64,000 bases of DNA from NCBI GenBank assembly GCA_950097015.1, contig CATNEN010000002.1:2108001-2172000 (forward strand). Direction: 5' to 3'. Position 1 is the stretch's first letter, and the number at the start of each line of letters is the position of its first letter. The stretch is from Macrostomum hystrix (lineage: Eukaryota > Animalia > Platyhelminthes). A program made the translations under genes and the position numbers. Below the pieces are notes generated by a model. It saw nothing but the letters and a program-made list of their open reading frames with translations, had not been told where the DNA came from and did no database searches. Positions 24,701 through 37,964 of the stretch are shown here, one piece after another.

Positions 24701-25620
24701 AGGTAGACACTCCTGTCAAACAGGCAGACACTCTTGTCTAACAGGTAGACACTCCTGCCAAACAGGCAGACACTCCTGTCTAACAGGTGGACACTCCTGT
24801 CAAACAGGCAGACTCCTGTCTAACAGGTGGACAATCCTTTCTAACAGGTGGACACTCCTGTCAAACAGGTAGACACTCCTGTCTAACAGGTGGACACTCC
24901 TGTCAAACAGGCAGACACTCCTGTCTAACAGGTATACACTTCTGCCAAACAGGCAGACACTCCTGTCAAACAGGCAGACACTCCTGTCTAACAGGTGGAC
25001 AATCCTTTCTAACAGGTAGACACTCCTGCCAAACAGGCAGACACTCGTCTAACAGGTGGACACTTCTGCCAAACAGGCAGACACTCCTGTCTAACAGGCA
25101 GACACTCCTGTCTAACAGGTGGACAATCCTTTCTAACAGGTGGACACTCCTGTCAAACAGGTAGACACTCCTGTCTAACAGGTAGACACTACTGTCTTAC
25201 TTGTATATACTCCTATCTAACAGGTAGACACTCCTGTCTAACAGGTGGACAATCCTTTCTAACAGGTGGACACTCCTGTCAAACAGGTAGACACTCCTGT
25301 CTAACAGGTAGACACTACTGTCTTACTTGTATATACTCCTGTCTAACAGGTAGACACTCCTGTCTAACAGGTGGACACTCCTGTCTAACAGGTGGACAAT
25401 CCTTTCTAACAGGTGGACACTCCTGTCTAACAGGTAGACACTACTGTCTTACAGGTAGACACTACTGTCTTACTTGTATATACTCCTGTCTAACAGGTAG
25501 ATGCTTCTGTCTAACAGGTAGATGCTTCTGTCTAACAGGTAGATGCTTCTGTCTAACAGGTAGATGCTTCTGTCTAACAGGTAGACACTTCCGTCTAACA
25601 GGTAGATACTTCTATGTTCA
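21755..25620. repeat. 21-bp satellite CTCCTGTCTAACAGGTAGACA, about 180 units, with higher-order structure
   Basis: Read directly; identical pseudo-ORFs recur at a 1288-bp offset. Confidence 0.97.
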
Positions 25621-26007
25621 CACTTCTGTCTGACAAACAACAACGAAATTTGGACATTACAATCTAACAATGCTCTCTATTTCTGAAAAAGTTCTGTCAC
25701 AACTACTAATAAACATGAATGGGTTCGCCAGTTAATATTATCATTTTGAGTCACTCGTTAGACGCTGAACCAAAGTATTATTGTTGTTAAATCAATGTTA
25801 AAACAATTACAATACAGAAATTATAAGCCAAAAATTAGGCTTTTAACCATGAAACAGCTCAAATCCACTAGCAGTTGCTGACCATCTAAGCTCGTTTCAC
25901 AGTATTCACCCTTGACAAATTAAATTACATAAATTACGGTTGATACACACAACAGCATCATTACTAGGACACTTTCAAATAGTTCGGCGTTTTTAATGAT
26001 GGTTTCG

Positions 26008-28240
26008 GGTGGGTCATTCTTTGATGAGGGGTTTCAGGTGAGTCATTGCTTGATTGGGGTTTCAAATGAGTCATTGTTTGAAGGTGGTTTAAAGGTGGTT
26101 TCAGGTGCGTCATTTTTGATGGAGGTTTCATGTGGGTCATTGTTGATCGGGGTTTCAGGTGAGTCATTGTTTGATTGGGTTTCAGGTGAGTCATTGTTTG
26201 ATGGGGTTTCAGGTGAGTCATTCTTTGATGGGGTTTCAGGTGAGTCATTGTTTGATGGGGTTTCAGGTGAGTCATTGTTTGATGGGGGTTTCAGGTGAGT
26301 CATTGTTTGATGGGGGTTCCAGGTGAATCATTGTTTGATGGGGTTTCAGGTGAATCATTGTTTGATGGGGGTTCCAGGTGAATCATTGTTTGATGGGGTT
26401 TCAGGTGAATCATTGTTTTATGGGGTTTCAGGTGAGTCATTGTTTAATGGGGTTTCAGGTGAGTCATTGTTTGATGGGGGTTCCAGGTGAATCATTGTTT
26501 GATGGGGTTTCAGGTGAGTCATTGTTTGATGGGGTTTCAGGTGAGTCATTGTTTGATGGGGGTTTCAGGTGAGTCATTGTTTGATGGGGTTTCAGGTGAG
26601 TCATTGTTTGATGGGGGTTTCAGGTGAATCATTGTTTTATGGGGTTTCAGGTGAGTCATTGTTTAATGGGGTTTCAGGTGAGTCATTGTTTGATGGGGGT
26701 TTCAGGTGAGTCATTGTTTGATGGGGGTTCCAGGTGAATCATTGTTTGATGGGGTTTCAGGTGAGTCATTGTTTGATGGGGTTTCAGGTGAGTCATTGTT
26801 TGATGGGGGTTTCAGGTGAGTCATTGTTTGATGGGGGTTCCAGGTGAATCATTGTTTGATGGGGTTTCAGGTGAGTCATTGTTTGATGGGGTTTCAGGTG
26901 AGTCATTGTTTAATGGGGTTTCAGGTGAGTCATTGTTTGATGGGGTTTCAGGTGAGTCATTGTTTGATGGGGTTTCAGGTGAATCATTGTTTGATGGGGG
27001 TTCCAGGTGAGTCATTGTTTGATGGGGGTTCCAGGTGAGTCATTGTTTGATGGGGGTTCCAGGTGAATCATTGTTTGATGGGGGTTCCAGGTGAATCATT
27101 GTTTGATGGGGGTTCCAGGTGAGTCATTGTTTGATGGGGGTTCCAGGTGAATCATTGTTTGATGGGGTTTCAGGTGAGTCATTGTTTGATGGGGGTTTCA
27201 GGTGAATCATTGTTTTATGGGGTTTCAGGTGAGTCATTGTTTAATGGGGTTTCAGGTGAGTCATTGTTTGATGGGGTTTCAGGTGAGTCATTGTTTGATG
27301 GGGTTTCAGGTGAGTCATTGTTTGATGGGGGTTTCAGGTGAGTCATTGTTTGATGGGGTTTCAGGTGAATCATTGTTTAATGGGGTTTCAGGTGAGTCAT
27401 TGTTTAATGGGGTTTCAGGTGAGTCATTGTTTGATGGGGGTTTCAGGTGAATCATTGTTTGATGGGGGTTTCAGGTGAATCATTGTTTTATGGGGTTTCA
27501 GGTGAGTCATTGTTTAATGGGGTTTCAGTTGAGTCATTGTTTGATGGGGGTTCCAGGTGAATCATTGTTTGATGGGGTTTCAGGTGAGTCATTGTTTGAT
27601 GGGGGTTTCAGGTGAGTCATTGTTTGATGGGGTTTCAGGTGAGTCATTGTTTGATGGGGGTTTCAGGTGAATCATTGTTTTATGGGGTTTCAGGTGAGTC
27701 ATTGTTTAATGGGGGTTTCAGGTGAGTCATTGTTTGATGGGGTTTCAGGTGAGTCATTGTTTGATGGGGGTTTCAGGTGAATCATTGTTTGATGGGGGTT
27801 CCAGGTGAATCATTGTTTTATGGGGTTTCAGGTGAGTCATTGTTTAATGGGGTTTCAGTTGAGTCATTGTTTGATGGGGGTTCCAGGTGAATCATTGTTT
27901 GATGGGGTTTCAGGTGAGTCATTGTTTGATGGGGGTTTCAGGTGAGTCATTGTTTGATGGGGTTTCAGGTGAGTCATTGTTTAATGGGGTTTCAGGTGAG
28001 TCATTGTTTGATGGGGTTTCAGGTGAGTCATTGTTTGATGGGGTTTCAGGTGAGTCATTGTTTGATGGGGTTTCAGGTGAGTCATTGTTTGATGGGGTTT
28101 CAGGTGAGTCATTGTTTGATGGGGTTTCAGGTGAATCATTGTTTGATGGGGGTTTCAGGTGAGTCATTGTTTGATGGGGTTTCAGGTGAGTCATTGTTTG
28201 ATGGGGTTTCAGGTGAGTCATTGTTTGATGGGGCTTCAGG
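26008..28240. repeat. 27/28-bp satellite GGGGTTTCAGGTGAGTCATTGTTTGAT, about 80 units
   Basis: Read directly; 9-aa periodic pseudo-ORFs (GVSGESLFD). Confidence 0.97.
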
Positions 28241-28349
28241 TAAAGTTTAGCTTTAGATTGACCAAAGCGGACAGTTATAGTGTTAAAAGAAGTAAAATAT
28301 TATTTTGCTTTAAGAAAACATGACAGCAAAGCAATTAAATTCTGCCAGA

Positions 28350-31300
28350 TCACATGACCGACGTCGCCCTGCCTGCAACTCTGGCTCTGCTGCTGCTGCT
28401 GCTGCTGCAACCGCCGCCACCATCGCCTCTTGGACCGTCGTCGGTGTTGATCGCGGTCGCGCCCAGCTCTGCCTGCAGAATGCGGGCCGCGGTGTCCTGG
28501 TATTTCTCGAACGACAAGAAGCCGGTGATGACCATCCCCTCGAGGATTTTGATCTCCCTGCAGGCTTCATGTGACAGAAGTGGAGGCAGCTCATAGAATG
28601 CCCACTTCGGATTGACACCATGTTTTGTAGATCTCTCTAGATTAATTCTTGGATGCTGCTGCTGCTGCTGTTGCTCTTGCTGGTAAACCTTGCCAGGTGC
28701 CACTAGAAACGGTTGCTGCTGCTGCTGCTGCTGCTGCTGTCTATTGCTCCGTCTTGATAGGAGGCACTGGCTGAGACCCATGTCACACTGCAGAAGATTT
28801 CACAACTTTTATCTTTTCTTTTAGGAAACTTGGCTTCTGTGTACAAGCAAAGCGATCAGCTGTGAAACTGCATGTCAGTTTTGCTTCTTTATTTCCATAG
28901 AAGTTAGCATTTTGGTTGAGACTAAATAAAAGTACGCCAATAAGAGATTTCTCTCTTGCAAGTCTGGTTTAGCTTTGTCCCACATTTGTCCGATTCTTCA
29001 GTTTACACGGATAGTTATTAGTTTATGTTCAATATCTTCTTTAAGTCTAGAAGGAACCCATAAAAGAAAGTAAAAAGAAAGAGAGTGGAATGGTAGAGGG
29101 GAAAGTAGAATGGTAGAGGGGGAGAGTAGAATGGTAGAGGGGGGAGAGTGGAATAGGAGAGGGGAGAGTAGAATGTGAGAGGGGGAGAGTGGAATGGAAG
29201 AGACAGAGTAGAATGTGAGAGGGGGAGAGTAGAATGTGAGAGGGGGAGAGTGGAATGGAAGAGGGGGAGAGTAGAATGGGAGAGTGGAGAGTAGAATGGG
29301 AGAGTGGAGAGTAGAATGGGAGAGGGGAAGAGTGGAATAGGAGATAGAAGAGTAGAATGGGAGAGGGGAAGAGTGGAATAGGAGATAGGAGAGTAGAATG
29401 GGAGAGGGGAGAGTAGAATGGGAGAGGGGAGAGTAGAATGGGAGAGGGGGAGAGTAGAATGGGAGAGGGGAGAGTAGAATGGGAGAGTGGAGAGTAGAAT
29501 GGGAGAGGGGAAGAGTGGAATAGGAAATGGGAGAGTAGACTGGGAGAGGGAGAGAATGGAATAGGAGAGGGGAGAGTAGAATGGGAGAGGGGAGAGTAGA
29601 ATGGGAGAGGGGAGAGTAGAATGGGAGAGGGGGGTGTGGAATGGGAGAGGGGAGAGTAGAATGGGAGAGGGGGGTGTGGAATAGGAGAGGGGAGAGTGGA
29701 ATGGGAGAGGAGGAGAGTAGAATGGGAGACGGGAGAGTAGAATGGGAGAGGGGGAGAGTAGAATGGGAGAGGGGAGAGTGGAATAGGAGAGGGGAGAGTG
29801 GAATGGGAGAGGAGGAGAGTAGAATGGGAGAGGGGAGAGTAGAATGGGAGAGGGGGAGAGTAGAATGGGAGAGGGGAGAGTGGAATGGGAGAGGGGAGAG
29901 TAGAATGGGAGAGGGGGAGAGTAGCATGGGAGAGGGGAGAGTAGAATGGCAGAGGGGGGGAGTAGAATGGGAGAGGGGGAGAATGGAATAGGAGAGGGGA
30001 GAGTGGAATAGGAGAGGGGAGAGTAGACTGGGAGAGGGGAGAGTAGACTGGGAGAGGGGAGAGTAGACTGGGAGAGGGGGAGAGTAGACTGGGAGAGGAG
30101 GAGAGTGGAATGGGAGAGGGGAGAGTAGACTGGGAGAGGGGAGAGTAGACTGGGAGAGGGGAGAGTAGACTGGGAGAGGGGGAGAGTAGACTGGGAGAGG
30201 GGAGAGTAGACTGGGAGAGGGGAGAGTGGAATGGGAGAGGGGAGAGTAGACTGGGAGAGGAGGAGAGTGGAATGGGAGAGGGGAGAGTGGAATGGGAGAG
30301 GGAGAGAGTAGACTGGGAGAGGGGAGAGTGGAATAGGAGAGGGGAGAGTGGAATGGGAGAGGGGAGAGTAGACTGGGAGAGGGGAGAGTAGACTGGGAGA
30401 GGGGAGAGTAGACTGGGAGAGGGGGAGAGTAGACTGGGAGAGGGGAGAGTAGACTGGGAGAGGAGGAGAGTGGAATGGGAGAGGGGAGAGTAGACTGGGA
30501 GAGGGGAGAGTAGACTGGGAGAGGGGAGAGTAGACTGGGAGAGGGGGAGAGTAGACTGGGAGAGGGGAGAGTAGACTGGGAGAGGGGGGAGTAGACTGGG
30601 AGAGGGGAGAGTAGACTGGGAGAGGGGAGAGTGGAATAGGAGAGGGGAGAGTGGAATGGGAGAGGGGAGAGTAGAATGGGAGAGGGGAGAGTAGAATGGG
30701 AGAGGGGAGAGTAGAATGGGAGAGGGGGAGAGTAGAATGGGAGAGGGGAGAGTGGAATGGGAGAGGGAGAGAGTAGACTGGGAGAGGGGAGAGTGGAATA
30801 GGAGAGGGGAGAGTGGAATGGGAGAGGGGAGAGTAGAATGGGAGAGGGGAGAGTAGACTGGGAGAGGGGAGAGTAGACTGGGAGAGTGGAGAGTAGAATG
30901 GGAGAGGGGAGAGTAGAATGGGAGAGGGGAGAGTAGAATGGGAGAGGGGAGAGTAGAATGGGAGAGGGAGAGAGTAGACTGGGAGAGGAGGAGAGTAGAA
31001 TGGGAGAGGGGAGAGTAGACTGGGAGAGGGGAGAGTAGAATGGGAGAGGGGAGAGTAGACTGGGAGAGGAGGAGAGTGGAATGGGAGAGGGGAGAGTGGA
31101 ATGGGAGAGGGAGAGAGTAGACTGGGAGAGGGGAGAGTAGACTGGGAGAGGAGGAGAGTGGAATGGGAGAGGGGAGAGTGGAATGGGAGAGGGAGAGAGT
31201 AGACTGGGAGAGGAGGAGAGTAGAATGGGAGAGGGGAGAGTAGAATGGGAGAGGGGAGAGTAGACTGGGAGAGGAGGAGAGTGGAATGGGAGAGGGGAGA

Positions 31301-33493
31301 GTGGAATGGGAGAGGGGAGAGTAGAATGGGAGAGGGGAGAGTAGAAACAGCAGAGGCAGCTAAATTTTAGCAGTGTGCACAAGAATCAAGTCTGGTTTCA
31401 ATTGCAGTAAAAAAACTCACAGCTTCTAAAAGTGCATACATGTGTTTCCATGGTACATTTGCTATAAGGGAATAAATTTTCTTCAACTGGAAAAGCAAAC
31501 TATTCACAGTCAACCTCGATTAGGCAGATTGGAATTGGGGATTCAAAGGATTTTCGATTATTTCAATTAGATTTTTTCGCTAAAATATCTAGCTCGTATA
31601 AATTCATAAGCACGTTTTTAGGATTTATACCCTCCCAAGACAGGGATTATTGAGATCTGAACTGAGGTTAATGGCATGCTCCTATTTTGAACTAACTCAG
31701 CCAAAAATGGATAGAAATAGCTGTTGGGATTCTAGTCTAACACGTGTTTACTGAGCTAAGGCTTTCAATTGATATGGCGACTGAAATTTCATGAAATTTT
31801 GGCTTGTTCTAGGAATGTTCTGGGATTATAGGAATGGTATTGGATAAATTGGATTCTGTGAATGATATAGAATTAATGGGATTCCGGAAATGATATAGGA
31901 TGTGTGGGATTCAAGGAATGATAAAGGATAAATGGGATTTTAAATGTGATATCGGATGTGTGAGATTCTAAGAATGATGTAGGATAAATGGGATTCTAAG
32001 AATGATGTAGGATAAATAGGAATTCTAAGAATGATGTAGGATAAATGGGATTTTAAGAATAATGTAGGAAAAATAGGAATTCTAAGAATGATGTAGGATA
32101 AATGGGAATTCTTGGAATGATATAGGATAAATAGGATTCTAGGATTGATAAAGGGTAAATAGGATTCTAGAATTGATATAGGATAAATAGGATTCTAGGA
32201 ATGATATAGGATAAATAGGATTCTAGGAATGATATAGGATAAATAGGATTCTAGGAATGATATAGGATAAATAAGATTCTAGGAATGATATAGGATAAAT
32301 GGGATTCTAGGAATGATAAAGGGTAAATAGGATTCTAGGAATGATAAAGGGTAAATAGGATTCTAGAATTGATATAGGATAAATAGGATTCTAGGAATGA
32401 TATAGGATAAATAGGATTCTAGGAATGATATAGGATAAATAAGATTCTAGGAATGATATAGGATTAATGGTATTCTAGGAATGATATAGGATAAATGGGA
32501 TTCTAGGGATGATATAGGATAAATGGGATTCTAGGAATGATATAGGATAAATGGGATTCTAGGGATGATATAGGATAAATGGGATTCTAGGAATGATAAA
32601 GGGTAAATAGGATTCTAGAATTGATATAGGATAAATAGGATTCTAGGAATGATATAGGATAAATAGGATTCTAGGAATGATATAGGATAAATAGGATTCT
32701 AGGAATGATATAGGATAAATAAGATTCTAGGAATGATATAGGATAAATGGGATTCTAGGAATGATATAGGATTAATGGTATTCTAGGAATGACATAGGAT
32801 AAATGGGATTCTAGGGATGATATAGGATAAATGGGATTCTAGGAATGATAAAGGATAAATGGGATTCTAAGATTTGCATTTCTTACATTTTTGCATCCTA
32901 CATTCTTCATCAACAAACATATTATCTGATTTTCATTCTAATTAAATAGAAATCGACAGGATGCAATTCATTAAAACAAAAACGATGTCACAAAGCCGGA
33001 AACTGCAAGGAGGTGAAACGCTTGTGGCTTTTCTTTCATTTCAGTTTCCTGAGTTGATCAGAGGCTGACTGCTCATACAGGAAGCTCAGTCTCACACACG
33101 AGTACCTGGGCTTTCTGGGCATTTCAGAGAGGAACGATCTCTAATAATAGAAGTAGAAAAAAGCAGAAAACTCTACTGTATTCGCTACTTCCGCGCAATT
33201 TGTAACTTTCGTTTTGACTTATTTTTCTGCAAATAAATAGGCAATAACAATGCTAGCTGCGGGATGGTTCGGCAAATGACGCAGAACAGTCTAACTAGCA
33301 GCCAGCGAGGAGGCAATTCTGCCCGTTCCGCTGAGTCCTGAGCTCACAATCACTCACTGATTCATAATACCGTATAACACAGCAACACACTAACACAGGT
33401 GTGTACATCTGCCCTGGATTGTTTTCTCTGCATAAATGCCGATGTATGGAAGGTAGTAGTAGTACATGTATGAGGTTGTTCAATTCATTCTGA
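28350..33493 (-). CDS. Tentative FAM124-like protein, partial (5' exons unresolved); exons 33493-33358, 31486-31421, 28787-28350
   Basis: Three exons have canonical splice sites (tatttag|T...TCA|GTGAGT; cttttccag|TTG...GCT|GTGAGT; ttctgcag|TGT) and join in frame: QNELNNLIHVLLLPSIHRH...PVLVCCCVIRYYES-LKKIYSLIANVPWKHMYALLEA-CDMGL...WAFYELPP...ACREIKILEGMVITGFLSFEKYQDT. The order of motifs resembles recalled FAM124 (WIHPDL; PALAVVLF; QPPWRHH; DFFTLAP; YDNYADS). The family call is from memory and is weak. Confidence 0.5.
29075..31345. repeat. 20-bp purine-rich satellite GGAGAGGGGAGAGTAGA(A/C)TG (intronic in the FAM124-like model)
   Basis: Read directly; source of the 794-aa SPLP pseudo-ORF. Confidence 0.95.
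31830..32868. repeat. 28-bp satellite GGATTCTAGGAATGATATAGGATAAATG, array 1
   Basis: Read directly. Confidence 0.95.
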
Positions 33494-33694
33494 CTAAATA
33501 TGATGCAGCAGTTATTTTCAGTTTTTTTGCCAATTTCTTCCTGAATTTAATGTCTATGGCCAAATCTTATTTATAATTGAAGAAAGAAACGATATAACTT
33601 GAGATAGAGGAGCAATGCTTAGGCCTCAGAAGGTTTGTTTTCAAGAAAAAGTACTTTTTACGTCAGAAAATATAAATGGGATAGATCAATGGGA

Positions 33695-34915
33695 TGGGAT
33701 AATTAGGATTCTAGGAATGATATAGGATTGTGGGATTCTAGGAATGATATAGGATAAATAGGATTCTAGGAATGATATAGGATAAATAAGATTCTAGGAA
33801 TGATATAGGATTAATGGTATTCTAGGAATGATATAGGATAAATGGGATTCTAGGAATGATATAGGATAAATAGGATTCTAGGAATGATATAGGATAATTA
33901 TGATTCTAGGAATGATATAGGATGTGTGGGATTCTAGGAATGGTATAGGATGTGTGGGATTCTAGGAATGATATAGGATAATTAGGATTCTAGGAATGAT
34001 ATAGGATGTGTGGGATTCTAGGAATGATATAGGATGTGTGGGATTCTAGGAATGATATAGGATAATTAGGATTCTAGGAATGATATAGGATAAATAGGAT
34101 TCTAGGAATGATAAAGGATAAAAGGGATTCTAGGAATGATATAGGATAAATGGGATTCTAGGAATGATATAGGATAAATGGGATTCTAGGAATGATATAG
34201 GATAAATGGGATTCTAGGAATGATAAAGGATAAATGGGATTCTAGGAATGATATAGGATAAATGGGATTCTAGGAATGATGTAGGATAAATGGGGATTCT
34301 AGGAATGATATAGGATAAATGGGATTCTAGCAATGATAAAGGATAAATAGGATTTTGGAATGATAAAGGATAAATAGGATTCTAGGAATGATATAGGATA
34401 ATTATGATTCTAGGAATGATATAGGATGTGTGGGATTCTAGGAATGATATAGGATGTGTGGGATTCTAGGAATGATATAGGATAATTAGGATTCTAGGAA
34501 TGATATAGGATGTGTAGGTTTCTAGGAATGATATAGGATGTGTGGGATTCTAGGAATGATATAGGATAATTAGGATTCTAGGAATGATATAGGATGTGTG
34601 GGATTCTAGGAATGATATAGGATGTGTGGGATTCTAGGAATGATATAGGATGTGTGGGATTCTAGGAATGATATAGGATGTGTGGGATTCTAGGAATGAT
34701 ATAGGATGTGTGGGATTCTAGGAATGATATAGGATAATTAGGATTCTAGGAATGATATAGGATGTGTAGGTTTCTAGGAATGATATAGGATGTGTGTGAT
34801 TCTAGGAATGATATAGGATGTGTGGGATTCTAGGAATTATATAGGATAATTAGGATTCTAGGAATGATATAGGATGTGGAATCTAGTAATGATATAGGAC
34901 AATAGGAATCTAGGA
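33695..34915. repeat. 28-bp satellite of the same family, array 2 (with GATGTGTG variant units)
   Basis: Read directly. Confidence 0.95.
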
Positions 34916-35544
34916 ACGATGTATTAGATTGTAGGAATGGTATATTTATTTTTCAAAAGTGTTTATTTCACTGTACTTACCTGCTAATTTCAGTCAGTTT
35001 GCCCTTCTCAATCAGAGAGACAAATTATGCCGATGAAAATCTGGACGATATTTGCTGAAAGCATTTAAAGATTTGGAAAACCCTTGCCGTGATCCCATTG
35101 GCTGCATGTGAATTTGCATGCACAGCCGCATTAAAAGGATATTTTTTGATATTTTGATATTTTTTATTAGACTTTTGAATTTAGCAATCAAGAAAAATAT
35201 TTTTTTATCTGAAATTCATTACCTTTTCACTATAGAATCGTGATTTTTTTAATGAATCAGGTTTTGAGATCAGTGCAACTCAATTAAAAGTGCCGATTTC
35301 AATTGATAAGCTAATTTTTTTCAGCGATTTGACAAAAACCTGCAGGACTGTGATTTAGAGACATAGAGAGAGAGCTAGGGACTGTAAATTTCAAAACAAT
35401 TTGTGTCCTTAAGCGAGACACGTAATTGCCGATTGCTCAAGTTAATCCAGTCATAGAGCTGTAATAGCGGCTTCAATTTGGGTTGCTGAAGCGATCGACG
35501 TCGGCATTAATGAACGAAAGTGATTATAGGAATAATTATAGCAA

Positions 35545-36990
35545 TTCCTTGATCAGTTCAATGACCAAATCGATTATCAGTTCAATGACCAATTCCATGA
35601 TCATGCAGTTTAATAACTAATCCAATGTCAGTTCAATGACCAAATCGATAATCAGTTCAATGACCAAATCGATAATCAGTTCAATGACCAAATCGATAAT
35701 CAGTTCAATGACCAAATCGATAATCTGCAGTTCAATGACCAAATCGATAATCAGTTCAATGACCAAATCGATTATCAGTTCAATGACCAAATCGATTATC
35801 AGTTCAATGACCAAATCGATTATCAGTTCAATGACCAATTCCATGATCAGTTTAATAACTAATCCAATGTCAGTTCAATGACCAAATCGATAATCAGTTC
35901 AATGACCAAATCGATGATCAGTTCAATGACCAAATCGATAATCAGTTCGATGACCAAATCGATAATCAGTTCAATGACCAAATCGATAATCAGTTCAATG
36001 ACCAAATCGATAATCAGTTCAATGACCAATTCCATGATCAGTTCAATGACCAAATCGATAATCAGTTCAATGACCAAATCGATAATCAGTTCAATGACCA
36101 AATCGATGATCAGTTCAATGACCAAATCGATAATCAGTTCAATGACCAAATCGATAATAAGTTCAATGACCAAATCGATAATCAGTTCAATGACCAAATC
36201 GATAATCAGTTCAATGACCAAATCGATAATCAGTTCAATGACCAAATCGATGATCAGTTCAATGACCAAATCGATAATCAGTTCGATGACCAAATCGATA
36301 ATCAGTTCAATGACCAAATCGATAATCAGTTCAATGACCAATTCCATGATCAGTTCAATGACCAAATCGATAATCAGTTCAATGACCAAATCGATAATCA
36401 GTTCAATGACCAAATCGTTAATCAGTTCAATGACCAAATCGATAATCAGTTCAATGACCAAATCGATAATCAGTTCAATGACCAAATCGATAATCAGTTC
36501 AATGACCAATTCCATGATCAGTTCAATGACCAAATCGATAATCAGTTCAATGACCAAATCGATAATCAGTTCAATGACCAAATCGATAATCAGTTCAATG
36601 ACCAAATCGATAATCAGTTCAATGACCAAATCGATAATCAGTTCAATGACCAAATCGATAATCAGTTCAATGACCAAATCGATGATCAGTTCAATGACCA
36701 AATCGATAATCAGTTCAATGACCAAATCGTTAATCAGTTCAATGACCAAATCGATAATCAGTTCAATGACCAATTCCATGATCGGTTTAATAACTAATCC
36801 AATGTCAGTTCAATGACCAATTTGATGATACGTTCAATGACCAGTTCCCTGATCAGTTCAATGACCTAATCGATGATGACCCAATCAATTCAATTGAACT
36901 GATGACCAGTTCAATGACCAAATCTTTGATCACTTCAATGACCGCTTCCATGATCAGTTAAATGACCAGTTCTCTGATCAGTTCAATGAT
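35545..36990. repeat. 24-bp satellite TCAGTTCAATGACCAAATCGATAA, about 55 units
   Basis: Read directly; MTKSIISS and IIDLVIEL pseudo-ORFs. Confidence 0.96.
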
Positions 36991-37964
36991 GAGATAATTG
37001 TTTCGATTTATTAAAATTCCTAATTTAGTTATCCATACGTCGTACCGTATTTAGGCCGAGATTTAATTACTAAACGCCAATAAACGATTAAACGAGAAGA
37101 AACTAAGAGAATGCCTGCATCTTTCTTGTTAAAAAATTATATTGAAGAAAGAATTTTTTGTTTCTTTTTAATACAAGACGCCTAGAGTCAATTACAGAAA
37201 CACTAAACGAACAACAAATTAAAAGGATTCTGCCTTGTTTAGGCGATATGTGATCTAATTAGAGTTAGAATTATAATCATTTTCAGAAAATCCTACAATT
37301 ATTTTTGTTTCGTCTTTTAGATTCGATTTCACCAGAACGTTTGTGTTTACAATTCGTTTCGTAAGCCTGATGTTTAAGGTAAGAGGTGTACATATGTTTA
37401 AACTAAATGAGCCGTTTGTCCTTTTATCTACTGTTCTAGATATCGAGTGAGTAGTTGTAACGATATTTAGAGCATAAACTTATCGAGAGCAGCATTTAGT
37501 TTTTTTAAGTGTCTCTTGTCGTAATTTGTCGTCATGATAAATCCGGAAATTTTAAAACACTAGAGCATAGTACTAAAAGACATACATAACACTTTTTTAC
37601 GTGGCAATTTTTTACGATTATAATAAAAAAATTGCAGGTTCTTAAATAAAGACGGGCATTTTACAAGAAAATAAATCAGTGACCCAACCTTTTTATTTAA
37701 AAAGGTAAAGTACAAATGTAAAAAATTAAATTTCAGGCCGAAATCGATAAAGCAAAGTAAAAAATACTGTCCAAGAAAAAGCAACACTTCAAACTAAAAA
37801 AATAAACAAACAAGTTTTGTACAGCCATGCAGGTTAAATAGTACTAATACTAGTCAGGTAACTGAAAATAACACAAGCAGTCAATATTCCGAAGTAAAAA
37901 CGGCGATCGTTGTAAAAAACGGAAAAGCATATACGGGTGGTTAAGAACTGATGAGTAATGGTCT

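Noticed and set aside
18083-28240. CRISPR-like arrays
   Set aside because: The units are head-to-tail with no unique spacers, there are no cas genes, and the context is eukaryotic.
28998-31382. 794-aa Ser/Pro/Leu extensin-like ORF
   Set aside because: It is the reverse translation of a purine-rich 20-bp satellite; stop codons are compositionally rare there.
35617-36816. 306-aa IIDLVIEL and 312-aa MTKSIISS ORFs; similar periodic ORFs at 10.7, 16.0, 19.7, 21.7-25.2, 26-28, 48.3 and 50.7 kb
   Set aside because: Peptide periodicity equals the nucleotide unit length, so these are satellite artefacts.
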